DNA of 63,465 bases, counting the filler, from Octopus bimaculoides (taxonomy: Eukaryota), in the NCBI RefSeq assembly GCF_001194135.2. It is 5 parts of 5 records of this genome, joined end to end, with 100 filler letters (N's around TTAATTAATTAA, not from the genome) between each part and the next. Parts side by side here need not be neighbours in the genome. Positions count along the whole stretch, not along the records: positions 1 to 26,865 come from NC_068992.1; 4 more parts are not named here. One strand, 5' to 3'. Below, in pieces: positions 1 through 12,480 of the stretch (positions are counted from its first letter, which is position 1; the number at the start of each line of letters is the position of its first letter). The notes under the pieces were generated by a model that worked only from the letters and a program-made list of their open reading frames with translations, was not told the DNA's origin and searched no databases. Position numbers and translations under genes: made by a program.

Positions 1-1420
1 CATACATATATATATTTGTATGTGTATGAGTGAATCAATTCTTTATGATAAAAGGAATCAAATTTAAATTTACTTCATATAACTTTTCTAGTCGTAGGAA
101 AATTTGTAGAATTCATACACAAAACTTACGCTTAAATGCTAGAAATTGAACGATAATTTTTGATGTTGGAAACGTGAAATAAACAAGCAAAGGATTAACT
201 CGTGTAACTTTCCTTTAGCTGTTAATCTAATTATTATAATATCCTCTATAGTATAAAGTACATCCACTCAATTTATCGATGAAAATGCCGTTTCTTGCAG
301 TAAATGATTGTCAGATAAATTACTGTACGCTGATCCATCAACGGCATAATTATTTTGTGATAAATTTCGTTCATATGAGATTATATATCAATGGATTAGT
401 AAGTGCATCTCACATTTACACGTGTTAATGCATACAGACTATAAGAAACTATCTGCTACATGTAATTAAAAATTGTTACAGGTTTGCCAGCTAATTGTTC
501 TCTCTTGCTACTGACGACACGATGGCCATAAACATATTGAGGAAAATACTGCATCAGTACTTTACGTAATATAAGATAATACGATAAAAGAACTTTGTTA
601 TAAACGAAAGACAATTATCTTCCACAACATCAGGCGCATGTCGTTAAATACTACGTTTGCTATATAAATTTAGTTAACGACAGAGAATCAGCAGAACTTT
701 AAATACATTTAAAGTTATAAATATACAAGCATTTGAAGGTTGAGACTAACTAAATTAGGCCTTATAGCTACCAGTAACTTTCCTTATTGGAATATGTGTG
801 TTTAAAAATATGACTAATATTGTCCAAGAGAAGGAGATTATTTAATGCCAATCCATTTCGATCAATATCCTCAATTCCTATCATATCGGCTGACATATAC
901 ACTCATATGCACAGCACACTCTTTCACACACACACACACACGTGACACGTTCACACCTATCTATATATTGTATGAAGAAATGGTTAACATATGTGTCATT
1001 ACATTCTTAACAGGGGAATATTACCCATCAATTGATCGAAGAACTTTATGAAATATACGACTTTTCCAAAGGCAGTGGGAACCTAATTAAAGTGCACTTA
1101 ATCATATCAAAACATATAGCAAGACCTTACTCCAGTATATCTAACCACTTGTCCACAGATGATTTTTCATGATCTATATCGTATACTAATAGTTTAGTCT
1201 ATTACATATATATCGTTATGTTGCTGTAAAAATACTAATGAAGACTGAAAATTACAAATTATAACAGCATCAGTTGACAAAAAGAATGTAAACGCATAAT
1301 TGTAATCCTCCCTCTCTTTCTTCATATATACATACATACACACACACACACACACGTACATACATACATACAGATACGCACACACACTCATATATATGTG
1401 TGTGTGTGTGTGTGTGTATT

Positions 1421-1659
1421 ATTAGTGTACATATAAACACAAAAGAGGTGACCTTAACAGGACACCGAACATGCTAGAAGGAACAGTCAAAGTCCAACCA
1501 CGGTTAACGGCAATTTCGAAGGGAATGAACAATAAAAAACATTTACAATATTTACCTCCCGGAAATTGCTCTTAACCGTGGTTTGGACTTTGACCGTGCC
1601 TTCTAGCATGTAAGGTGTCCTGTTAGTATCACCTCTTTTGTGTTTAAATGTACACTAAT
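1421..1659. mobile_element. Fold-back MITE with ~98-bp imperfect terminal inverted repeats
   Basis: 1421-1518 (attagtgtacatataaacacaaaagaggtga...ggcaatttc) is the near reverse complement of 1562-1659. The spacer is ~43 nt, and TA flanks GTGTAC...GTACAC. Confidence 0.8.
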
Positions 1660-1744
1660 TTTATATGAAAAATATGTTGTCTATTGACTATTTTATACAT
1701 GGTAGCTACTGGTACAAAAATTCCGATAATTTTTCTACCCTGTA

Positions 1745-1793
<49 letters not shown>

Positions 1794-3085
1794 TCTTGCA
1801 CCGTGACAGTTATCACAAATTACCGAGCCCCTAACGTCCATGCGATATAAAATAATTAGTCGTACATTTGTATATCCTTAAACTGAAATGTAAAAAATGA
1901 TTGTAAACTCCATTATATCACATTTACGTATGTGCCAAAGAGCGGGTTGAAAGTCAAATGCAACTGTAGCACGACATAAATTCTATGAGTAGAGAGATAA
2001 AATTGTAATTATAAAAGACATATATTCCGGAATTCTACCATTGCTTTTATAGCAAAATTTTGCACGAAATGAGTAAAATCATTTCGGTGAAGTCAATTTC
2101 ACTTGGGCATATGAGAAGGAGCAATAAAACGTTATACCAAACTCTGCACAATTTCCCTCCTTGCTATAAGACAAAATATAACAAGTAATTCTTAACTGTT
2201 GCAACTTTGTAGAGAGTGAGATTGAAATTGAATAAGTGTTGTTCATGTCTTTCTAAAGAGGTTTATCAGCTTAGAGATGAAATACTGAAAACGTGAGAGT
2301 TATAACTGAGTGTTAGAAATTTGCAGATTGGAAGGTTACTTTAAATTTATGCCATCCGTCGTCCTGTATGATAAATAAAGAAAAAAATATTCCTGAAATA
2401 AATTGCCAACACTAAAAGTGTAAATCAATTTACTGTTTTTTCATTTCTTCTCTACATTTCTAAATCAAAACGTTGGAATGCCTTCAGTTATCGCTGGGAT
2501 CGCAATGATATTTTTATGAATAATACGGTACATGCATACGCTTAGTGAGACACTCACGTATATACAGAGGTAATGGACATACTTTGGATCTATAATCTCC
2601 AAACATTAATTGAAATATCTTTGCTGCCTACATTTAAATGTTTCTTTCGGTGAAAACATGCATTAAGATTCAGTAATGTATGTGCCCTGCCAACGGCACT
2701 TAATCACCAATGCAATTTGAATAGCTTAATACAGAAATAAAAAAAAGTTGTTTTTTTTTTTCAGATATATGTCAGGTAAGAGTTTGGTGTGGAATAATAT
2801 CGAAGCTCATGTACCGTATACCTCAACGGCGTATTTTAAATGGAACTTCTGTAGCAATAATTATCTACTAAGACGACGAACGCAGTGCAAATAGAGACAA
2901 GTTTCTGGCAAGAAGCCACTTTAATGCAGTTTTGTACACAACTAAAATCATTTGATTTTTATTAAAGTTATTTTTGTTCATCTAGTATGAATGTCCCCGG
3001 GGAAAGTACAAATCTTAATAATACATAACTGTCTCTTAAAATCATAGAGTTATTTATCACAAATTTATAAGAGATAACTATTTAC

Positions 3086-3141
<56 letters not shown>

Positions 3142-3215
3142 GGATAGATAGATAGATAGATGGATAGATGGATGGATGGATGGAATTATGGATGGATACG
3201 GATGGATGAATGGAT
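3086..3215 (+). repeat. (GATA)n/(GGAT)n compound microsatellite
   Basis: Direct reading of the sequence. Confidence 0.95.
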
Positions 3216-3899
3216 GAACTGAACGTATGCGTGAGTATGTTTGTTTGTGTGTGAGTGTATGTCTGTTTCTCTGTGTGTATTCGTGTGTGCATGTATCTTT
3301 GTGTATGTGTGTTTACCTGCATTGCCTTCGTATAAGAGGTGAATTTTGAAGATTAAAGAGGGTAAGGAAGTAAAACGAAAAGTAATGGGATTAAGAATAA
3401 GATTTCTGCAAGGGCAAAAGAAATTATTTAGCAACATAAATAGATACAAAGGACAAAGCATGACTGATACGGAAAACTCAGACATAAAACCTCAAATTAG
3501 AATTCAATGTCAGTAATCTACGTGGAATGATTTATTATATTTTCCCTGTTAAACTTTATTCCAAGTCAGACAAATAGAAACAAAGTGAGTATAACAGCAT
3601 ACGAAGATAGAAATGACGTGAGAACTAGGAAGAAAGAGAGAGGGCGAGGGAGATACGGAAGGAGAGGATGATAAGGAGACGGTGAGACAATGAAACTTAA
3701 AGCTAGTGAGAGGGCCCAAGAGAGAGAGAGAGAGAATGAGGGGTAGGTGCCGAATCAATGTGAATAAATATAATATCCTCTCTGTATCGTAATGATAAAT
3801 ATTTGAAATTTATGAGAAATTCAATAAAGATGATGTGTAGATGTGCTGTGAGAGCTATATCTTACGAAGTTGTGTTTGACAATTTGCTATATAACACGA

Positions 3900-4200
3900 T
3901 TGCATTATATATTGTAGTTAATAGTAAAAGTCAGAAGATTCATGAGACAGAAAAACGATACCTAAGAGGAATGTTGAAGATGTCTTTTGCAGATAGAACT
4001 AGAAACGTCAGTTCTTAGGCGAGCAATGATTATCTAAAAGCTTATGAAGAACGTAGAGACAAAAGGGTGAAATCATTGATCGCCAAATGAGAAAAGACAA
4101 CAAAGCTGTGAGCTAGCTTCTCAGACTCCGGCCAAGTAAAACGATAAGATACAGCTGGGACTGGAGGTTTCGCAGGTTCGTGATCCCAACGCCTCTAGAC
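3900..4200 (+). mobile_element. Degraded RTE-like LINE ORF2 C-terminal fragment
   Basis: The frame reads SQKIHETEKRYLRGMLKMSFADRTRN, resembling the RTE post-RT motif (K.EA.EM.F.RRML.ISW.DR..N). Stops and frameshifts follow. Confidence 0.45.
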
Positions 4201-4716
4201 TTGATAGATAAACAAGTAGAAGTATAGGGAATGTATTCGCAATGTTTAGGAATATAGATGATTGTGATAATTGATAATATCATTTTATACTAGAAATAGG
4301 TTTTCTTTTCTGAACAAAACAGACTCTTACCTCTGTATGGGAAAAAGTACTGCATTTGTTCGGGCGAACATTTCAATATAATTCATGTCAAAGTTAATGC
4401 GTCAGTTTTAATGTCAACGTTTTTCTCAATGTCATTGGTAGGATTAATGAAACAAAATGAATAACATCTCATTCTACATCCTCACAAATCGATATTATTT
4501 ATTGAATACGACCCTTGACACACAGTGGTGAATGTGGACAGAGATCACAAAAGATTTAAATTGCTCAAATAGTTGACCGATGCTAATTTTATACATCAGT
4601 GGTGAAATTTAAAATAAGACCCCGGTTATAGTTTGATTAATAGAGCAAAACATTTTGTTACGTGATCTACAAATTATACTAATATGCCTTGGATTATTAT
4701 ATATATATATATATAT

Positions 4717-5192
4717 NNNNNNNNNNNNNNNNNNNNNNNNNNNNNNNNNNNNNNNNNNNNNNNNNNNNNNNNNNNNNNNNNNNNNNNNNNNNNNNNNNNN
4801 NNNNNNNNNNNNNNNNNNNNNNNNNNNNNNNNNNNNNNNNNNNNNNNNNNNNNNNNNNNNNNNNNNNNNNNNNNNNNNNNNNNNNNNNNNNNNNNNNNNN
4901 NNNNNNNNNNNNNNNNNNNNNNNNNNNNNNNNNNNNNNNNNNNNNNNNNNNNNNNNNNNNNNNNNNNNNNNNNNNNNNNNNNNNNNNNNNNNNNNNNNNN
5001 NNNNNNNNNNNNNNNNNNNNNNNNNNNNNNNNNNNNNNNNNNNNNNNNNNNNNNNNNNNNNNNNNNNNNNNNNNNNNNNNNNNNNNNNNNNNNNNNNNNN
5101 NNNNNNNNNNNNNNNNNNNNNNNNNNNNNNNNNNNNNNNNNNNNNNNNNNNNNNNNNNNNNNNNNNNNNNNNNNNNNNNNNNNNNNNNNNNN
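4717..5192. other. Assembly gap (representative of ~20 N runs, mostly flanked by (TA)n)
   Basis: N run. Other large gaps: 17238-17705, 30555-31282, 33546-34300, 36448-37130, 44208-44839, 56856-57302. Confidence 0.99.
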
Positions 5193-5204
5193 ATATATAT
5201 GAAG

Positions 5205-5400
5205 GCATATGGCGTTGTAGTCAGGATGTCGCACTCTCAATTGCCAGATCGTAGGATCGATTCACGTATCGGGCGGCGTGTTGTGTTCTTCAGTAAAACG
5301 CTTCATTTCATGTTATTCCAGGCAATTCAACTGTAAACGAGTAACCCTATCACGGTTCAACCATCCGATCAGTGGGGAATATTGGCCTGCACGCCTTTAA
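5205..5400 (+). mobile_element. Degraded tRNA-derived SINE (family G)
   Basis: Degenerate A/B-box head followed by gcgtgttgtgttcttcagtaaaacgcttcatttcatgtt, matching the reverse complement of 43836-44098. Confidence 0.6.
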
Positions 5401-6320
5401 TAGAAATGATTAAATAAAAGAAATCATTATTACTACTATAGGTCAAGCCAGAGGTGTCAATGACGGGGCTATCTGATCAGTCATTTGACCTAACAGAAAT
5501 AGTAGGAAGATCTCCCTCCAAATTTGTGCTACGCTCTTCAGAAAAAAAAAACACCTTAGATAATCTAGTCCTAAGTAAAGTAGATTTACAATCACGACTA
5601 GAGAATGTGGAGTGAATTGTTGTTTATTATATCATACGCACAATTAAGGCAAGCGTGTACTGAACAACAAGAACATATATCGCTTAATAAGTAATCTTAG
5701 TTGGTAGATGAAAATAAATATATCTACGATCTGATATATTTACCTATAACTTTAACGTCAATACATACAACGAAACAAACATTCATAAAAATATATATGC
5801 TGCACATGTTCATATTTAGAATATGGTATTCACCAAATTGGACTATTATAAATGTAAACTTAATAAGAACAATATTCTATATTCTCGATTGATATTATTG
5901 TAAGGATGTATATATATTCGTCATTGTAGATGGTAAATATAGCGTAAATTATTTGATAAATATTGGATAGAAATGCATATATGCTTGCGGCATCTGTATC
6001 ATAAATTTTGCCAAAGTGAAATTCAAAGACATATTCTTAAAACTATAATTGTTTCGAGAGAACTGCGAAGTTGCTGAAATAATTGCATTGTAGTATTGAA
6101 TTTCATTGTTAATACAAATTTCAGTAAAAGCCGTATTTGTATTTCCTTCTTTATGTTCGATAGAGGTGCGGTGCAGTTGATTCAAAGTACCTGTTACATA
6201 ATGAGGTAGGTTTATTTAAAAACACTTACCAATAAAATTGTCACCGAATGTGAGAATTTTTGTATTGTTATTTGCTTGTCACAATATGTGCTCGAGGCTT
6301 AGTATTAAAAAAAACAAAAA

Positions 6321-6460
6321 CACTGGTACTTATTTTATCGATCCCGAAGGATGAAAAGCAAAGTCGACCCCGGCAGAATTGGAAATCAGAACGTAAAGCC
6401 GGAGAAAATGCTGCCAAGCATTTTACCCGGCGTGCTAACGATTCAGCCAGCTCGCAGCCT
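6321..6460 (-). mobile_element. tRNA-derived SINE family A (head plus central domain)
   Basis: Reverse complement matches the family A consensus ggcggcgagctggcagaa.cgttagcacgccggg...gtcgactttgcctttcatcc...gataaaataagtaccag. Confidence 0.85.
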
Positions 6461-6854
6461 TAAATGTTTAGCATAATGAAACATTCTTTTCTTCATTTAG
6501 AACTGGTTTCTCTCTAGCAGCTGATATGTGACATTGATTGGAGAAGTAGGCCGGGTTCGAATTCTCTGAGAAACAATCACCAAACCATGAAACATTGTGA
6601 AAATGACCCCACCTTATTTTCCGTTTATTAATGGTTTGGGGGTTTATTTAGTGGAATGCATTATATTACAAGTGGTCGGAGCTTGTATCCAGTTTGCGGT
6701 TGATGTTCCCCTCCACTCCAATAGTATTGGAGTTTCTGATGTGTTTCTTTAACAGGATTTTCTTCTTTGATTAAATGGTAAAATAAATATTATTTGGAAA
6801 ATGTGGTTCACATTATAAAATTTAGAATGAATCATATGATTTACAATGAATCAA

Positions 6855-7170
6855 CGCCCCGGACTTACATTTTAAAGCCTGGCATTTATTCTATCGTTCT
6901 CTTTTCCCAAACCGCTAGGTCATGGGGATATAAACACACCAATACTGGTTATCAAGTGGTGGGAGACAAACGCATCCACAAAACCAGACACTCTCTTTCT
7001 CTCATAGACACACACACACACACACACACACACAGATATGTATATACGGCGGGTTTCTTTTACCAAATCCTTTCACAAGACTCTGGTCGGCCCGAAGCTA
7101 TAGTAAAAAGCACTTGTCCAAGACTGAATTTGGAACAACGTGTTTGGGGAGCAAACGTCTTACCATTTAT
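6855..7170 (-). mobile_element. Degraded composite SINE BC with internal microsatellite
   Basis: C-module remnant (ttattctatcg..ctctttt..aaccgcta), then a (CT)/(CA) tract, then a B-module remnant (accaaatcc..cacaag..ggtcggcccgaagctatagta). Confidence 0.7.
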
Positions 7171-7800
7171 TGTAAGAAATTGGAGAAAGAACAGACGGTT
7201 CGTGCGGTCATGTTTGTCTATTTTCAAACAGCTGATTATTCAATCTGTTACTATGAGAGTAAAATTTTCAGGTACAGGAAACCAAATGAATATTTCTTAA
7301 TGTGGTTGGTAAGCAAACTTCTTACCACAGAGCCACACAAATCTTTTATACCCTTAAGATAATTTATATTTTACGAACGTGACACTTACGAGACATACGA
7401 AAATGTTAGTACCAAGTAAAGAATCAGCGTGTTAAACAATATATCATTAAATGTGCTTTCGATATTAAGTTTACTAAGCAAGAAAGAGAGTATGGACTTA
7501 CATGTATTTATAGTGTAGTCCTGTAAGACTGGTTTATCGTAACAACTGTGATCATCGGAATTTTCTTTCCAAAGATTATAATTCTCTGTTCGTATTCTAT
7601 GGACGAAACAAATGCATGTATTATACGTGAGTTTAATACAAAGAAAATATATAGTCTTATATAATTTGCAATGTAATAAACAAATATTTAGGAAGTATGA
7701 AAGTCATATAATAATATCAGACGGCATTTTTATGAGAATTTCCTATTATATAAATATATGAGTCTGTGTGCGTGTGCGTGTGTATTTACCTGGGTTTGTA

Positions 7801-8333
7801 TGAGGGTGAGTCAAAAAGTAATGCCATTTTGTTTATCACAGGTATAATTACCAGCACAGGAACATGTATCATACATCAAAATGAAGCTGGTCCTCTGTAG
7901 ATCACATCCCTCCTTCTCAACATAGTCACCGTTTCTCTCAATAGCAATGTTCCACCTTCGAATGAGAGCAGGTATCCCTGCCTTGTAAAATTCTGTTGAC
8001 TATTCTTTGAGCCACTTCTTCACTACAGTTTTCATTTCCTCGTCACTGGAATAATGTTTGTCTCTCAAACCCTCTTTCATGGGGTCGAAGAGATGATAGT
8101 GCAGTGACGAGGAAGTGAAAACTGTAGTGAAGAAGTCAACAGAATTTTACAAGGCAGGGATAATGCTCTCATTAAAAGGTGGAACATTGCTATTGAGGGA
8201 ATCGGGGACTATGTTGAGAAGTAGAGATGTGAAACACAGAGGACCAGCTTCATTTTGATGTATGATACATGTTCCTGTGTTGGTAATTATGCCTTTTCTA
8301 AACAAAATAGCATTACTTTCTGACTCACTCTCG
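7801..8333. mobile_element. Palindromic mariner-derived MITE (two inverted copies of a mariner 3' end)
   Basis: Termini TA|tgagggtgagtcaaaaagtaatgc and gcattactttctgactcactctcg|TA. Arm 7801-8048 is the reverse complement of arm 8102-8333. The minus strand of 7915-8101 translates to HYHLFDPMKEGLRDKHYSSDEEMKTVVKKWLKE*STEFYKAGIPALIRRWNIAIERNGDYVEK, a mariner transposase C-terminus. Confidence 0.9.
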
Positions 8334-10031
8334 TATATCGATAGAGATTAGCGTGTACACACACACACACACACACACCCACACCCACATATAAACTCAA
8401 ACCACACAATACGAGTGAAATCTGAGGCAAAACAGAAACAAACAAAATACTGCACGGACTCAGACAAGCGAAAGCACGTGCCTGAAATGCGTAGAAATAT
8501 AAAGCAAAAAGGTAACATACACACAAAAGCCAAAGAAGTGTACAAGGAAACTTAATTAGTCAAAATACGAAACAAAAGAATCTGACGTTCTGAGACATAT
8601 TTTATGATAGCAAAACAAAGATAATAGAGGAAGGGCTTGGGCGGCACAACAAAAATATCACCGAATTGTATTTTTGTGTTTGTTTTATATTTGCCTGGAA
8701 TTTTTATCATGTTATTTGTGCGGTTTTTCTTCACACCTACGACGAATTTTTCATTCGTACAGCTTGCATTACTGCCTTTTTGTCAAAATTAGAATATGTG
8801 CATACACACACACGCATACCCATACATGTATGTGTGTTAATAAACACAAATAGTTCAGAGGCAGAAAATAGAATTGACGATTTTCGTTGTCCAAAACCAC
8901 AAGTGTTTCGACTCATTCACGCAATGTAACTCATTGTCGAGACGCTGTACAATCAACTGTTTTGCAACATTGGTGTAGCATTCACCTCCTCAGGTGACAT
9001 ACATACTTTTTTTTTTATCTGTGTATTCTATTTATTCTATTTGACTGTAAATTTATCTTGTCATTCAGTTCCCACTGAGAACTGCCAGAATGCACCTTCC
9101 TAGTTATACATTATTATACGACAAAATAAAATGACAAGATCTTATAGCAAGCAACATTAAAAAAGTCACTTAAAGAAGGTAGAGCATCTCAGCTATGGGC
9201 TACAAGAACAAGAATGAGTTGAAACAATTCTAGTGTTTGTGTAAAAAAGAATCTCGTAAATTCCATTTTCTGTCTCTGATCTATTTATATAATGTCTACG
9301 TACACAGCATTCTACAAGGTTTTAACCGAAATATAACTACACACACACACACAGATAGCTAGTTAGCTTGATAGTAATCATATTTACAATGTTCACAGCA
9401 TATCCACAGTACAGCAGTTGCAGTTTAAACATATTTTATACGCAACTGCTAAACATATTTTATATAAAGAGAAACAAACATTAATAGGAAGCATAACATA
9501 TTTAAAGGTTATGATTTTTCGTCGACTGTTAGAGAAAGAAACACAGTCAGTGAAAAAATAAACAGTGCTAAGGAGTTGTGAATGACATGCGCAGTTACAA
9601 TGAAATAATAGAATAAATATGTAAATAAATATAAATTGATTACAATTCGAAACAAGAGAGAAACAAAGAAATATAATGTAATTTTAACTTTATCGAATTT
9701 GCCTACAGACATATTGTAATCCCGAAACAACAACATCTTCTTGAAGCTACAAACATTACTAAAACTTCATAAGAGTTATCGAGGGAGAAATGTAATGAGA
9801 GTTATGTTGGTTAATAACAGACATATGTAAATGACGTCTAAATACAAACAAGGGTGTAATGTTTAATAAACAAAGAAACCCCAGGTGCGGAAAACTAACG
9901 ATAGTTGTGTAGCTGTAATACACTCTATAGATAAGTAATTTTAGAATAGTTCTATAGACGTGCACGTGTTTCGTTGTTCATTCATTCTTTAATTAAACTG
10001 TTAATTAATCAATGTTTAATGTTCGTGCTCA

Positions 10032-10251
10032 TGTTGTTGTTGGCACTCCGTCGCTTACGTCGTCGAGGGTTCCAGCGGATGCGATCAACGGAACAGCCTG
10101 CTCGTGAAATTAACGTGCAAGTGGCTGAGCACTTCACAGACCCATGTACCCTTAATGTAGTTCTCGGGAATACTCAGCGTGACACAGTGTGACAAGGCTG
10201 ACCCTTTGAATTACAGGCACAACAGAAACAGGAAGTAAGAGTGAGAGAAAG
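10032..10251 (-). mobile_element. 5'-truncated SINE family D ((CAA)n tail)
   Basis: Near-identical to 47992-48210. Confidence 0.85.
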
Positions 10252-10879
10252 TAAGCAAGCGTCTTATCACACAGATAATTATCATATATATTTATATGTC
10301 TACAATATATTCTTATATATTTATTAAATTTATAATCTATGAAGATTAAAATCATCCGCTGGAAGACATCATTTATCCGAATTCAGACGAATCACATAAA
10401 AACGTTTTTGTTTAATCAATTTTCAGCTTTGATCTTAGTACCACATCCGATTAATCAATACATACATTTACTCCCAATTATTTATGCAATATATTTGTGG
10501 TAAATTGGTACGAACTTGTTTCAACTTCGGGAATTTTGGACGTATCTGCCCTCTCCGTCTCGTTAGACAACTGTTTTACAGTATAACGTTGTACAACCCA
10601 AGCAATGGGAGTTAAATTAAGACAACGAAAGCAATGAAAACCTATCAGCGATAGACTTGACACAGTGTGGTCTGTCTTACTAAACACTGCATCAGCTATT
10701 TCTGTATGACGATTAAGATTGAGTAACCAGTGTCTCTGGCAGTGTCGTCGAAATATATTATAATTCAACGCAGTGATATTTCCGTTGAACAAATATAAGT
10801 ATTCCTCGTCGATGAATTTTATATGAGACTGTTGTGCGAGAGTACGATACCCTTTGGACCACTGCATAACAATAGTAGG

Positions 10880-12170
10880 GGTCCGAGTAAGTGAGCTAGT
10901 TCGTGCTAGTTCTATTTTGTGTTAAAAAGCGTATTTGTAGTATGTCACTGTTTAATGAATTGTTGTATTGTTGAATTGCTGTTTATTCTACATGTTTTCT
11001 GTGGAACAACACTTTGTTTTGCTGCCTTACGGTAGTTTTGTTGACGTGTTCCCTCTTGTTTGAAGTGGGTAGCACAGTGATAAAAAATGGAGTACGACAA
11101 TTTGAGTTCTTCCTAGGAATAGTTGCTGAAAGCAGATTCTGTAATAGACAAGGAAGAAGAAAAATTGAAATTTGCGGCCGTGACCAAAAGCCACAGCAAA
11201 GAAATTGATGTAAAGGAACTTGGTAAATACAATAATATACTTCGTTGGGAGGAACAAGACGTAAAGACGTCCTCTCCCCAAGACGTAAAGACGTCCTCTC
11301 CCCAAGACGAGTTACAGAAAACCAAAGGAAAATGATAATCTATAGAACTTACTCCGTCAAAACAAAGAAAATTGAATTAATGACTACAAATCAAATTGAA
11401 AAGTCGTTAAGACCCATCTGGCAGAGAATTTCTTTCCTTGCCAGAGGAAGAAAGTTTGGAACCGTGGAGGTGCCGTTCCGAGATGAAGATACTGCCAGGC
11501 TACACTCAGCAACCCCCTTAAAACTGATGAGGTGGTACTTCTGTTCATATACCTTGGAAGGCTTGCTTCCAGGGTAAGGGTAGAAGACATACCCCCGGAA
11601 ATAAATGTGGCCCTGTCTAGTAGCTGCTATACTGCTGGGCATTGACGGGAAGATAGTGGTCCTCTAAGCCACCAGCACTGCACATAAAAAAATGGTACGG
11701 GTAGAGTCTGGATATGGTAAGCCAGGCCGCCCCGGAGACCTAGAAAATGTGGTGGGGACCATAACGGTTGATGAAGTAATATTCAGGGTTAGAGTGGAGG
11801 GCAGGAGCCCACGCTGTTACAAATGTGGCCAAAAAGATCTCATTAGAGGGGAATGTCCTCCACCGCCCGTAAAGTCATAAGAGGCACCCGTGATCGTAAA
11901 AGAAACTGCACCTCCACCGCCGGGGAGAACCAGCGGAAAAGAAATTAGCACAGAGGAAGAAGGAGAAAATAAAAGCAAAGACGGATGGGAAACTGTAGAA
12001 AAGTAGAGGAGAAAGAGGAGGAAAAAGGCACAATCTGTGAATGATAACCCCCATCCCACCCAGACCCACACTGCCCAACTCTTCCCCTGCAGAAACTAAC
12101 GTTACAAATTAACCACAAGCATACAAGTTCTCCAAATTTCGCAACCCTCATGTGAAAAGAAAAAGTATAA
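10880..12170 (+). mobile_element. Degraded L1/Tx1-like non-LTR retrotransposon 5'UTR plus ORF1 (gag-like, zinc knuckle)
   Basis: ATG at 11087, with a frame broken by stops and frameshifts. It contains KFAAVTK and the C-terminal knuckle CYKCGQKDLIRGECP (11815-11856, CCHC with His lost), followed by a K/E/P-rich tail. Confidence 0.65.
11255..11309 (+). repeat. 24-bp tandem duplication (QDVKTSSP x2) within ORF1
   Basis: caagacgtaaagacgtcctctccc x2 followed by caagacg. Confidence 0.95.
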
Positions 12171-12200
12171 TGATTTACAAGGCAAAACATGTTAAGCTAT

Positions 12201-12480
12201 CTTAATTCTTTATTGCCCACAAGGGACTAAACATAGAGGGGATAAACAAGGACAGACAAAAGGATTAAGTCGATTTCATCGACTCCAATGCGTAACTGCT
12301 ACTTAATTTATCGACGCCGAAAGGATGAGAGGCAAAGTCGACCTTGGTGGAATTTGAACTCAGAACGTAACGGCAGACGAAATACCGCTAAGCATTTCGC
12401 CCAGCATGCTAACGTTTCCTATTTCTTTATTGCCCACAAGGAGCTAAACATAGAGGGGACAAAAAAGGACAGACAAAGGA
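12201..12480 (-). mobile_element. SINE family A (tail type A1) plus a second A1 tail fragment
   Basis: ttctttattgcccacaag...ctaaacatagagggga occurs at both 12206 and 12423. Central domain and partial head lie in 12260-12418. Confidence 0.85.

Noticed and set aside
10760-10830. KFIDEEYLYLFNG as a Tc1/mariner first-Asp motif
   Set aside because: No other transposase motifs (QDGA, WP..SPD) occur in any frame nearby.
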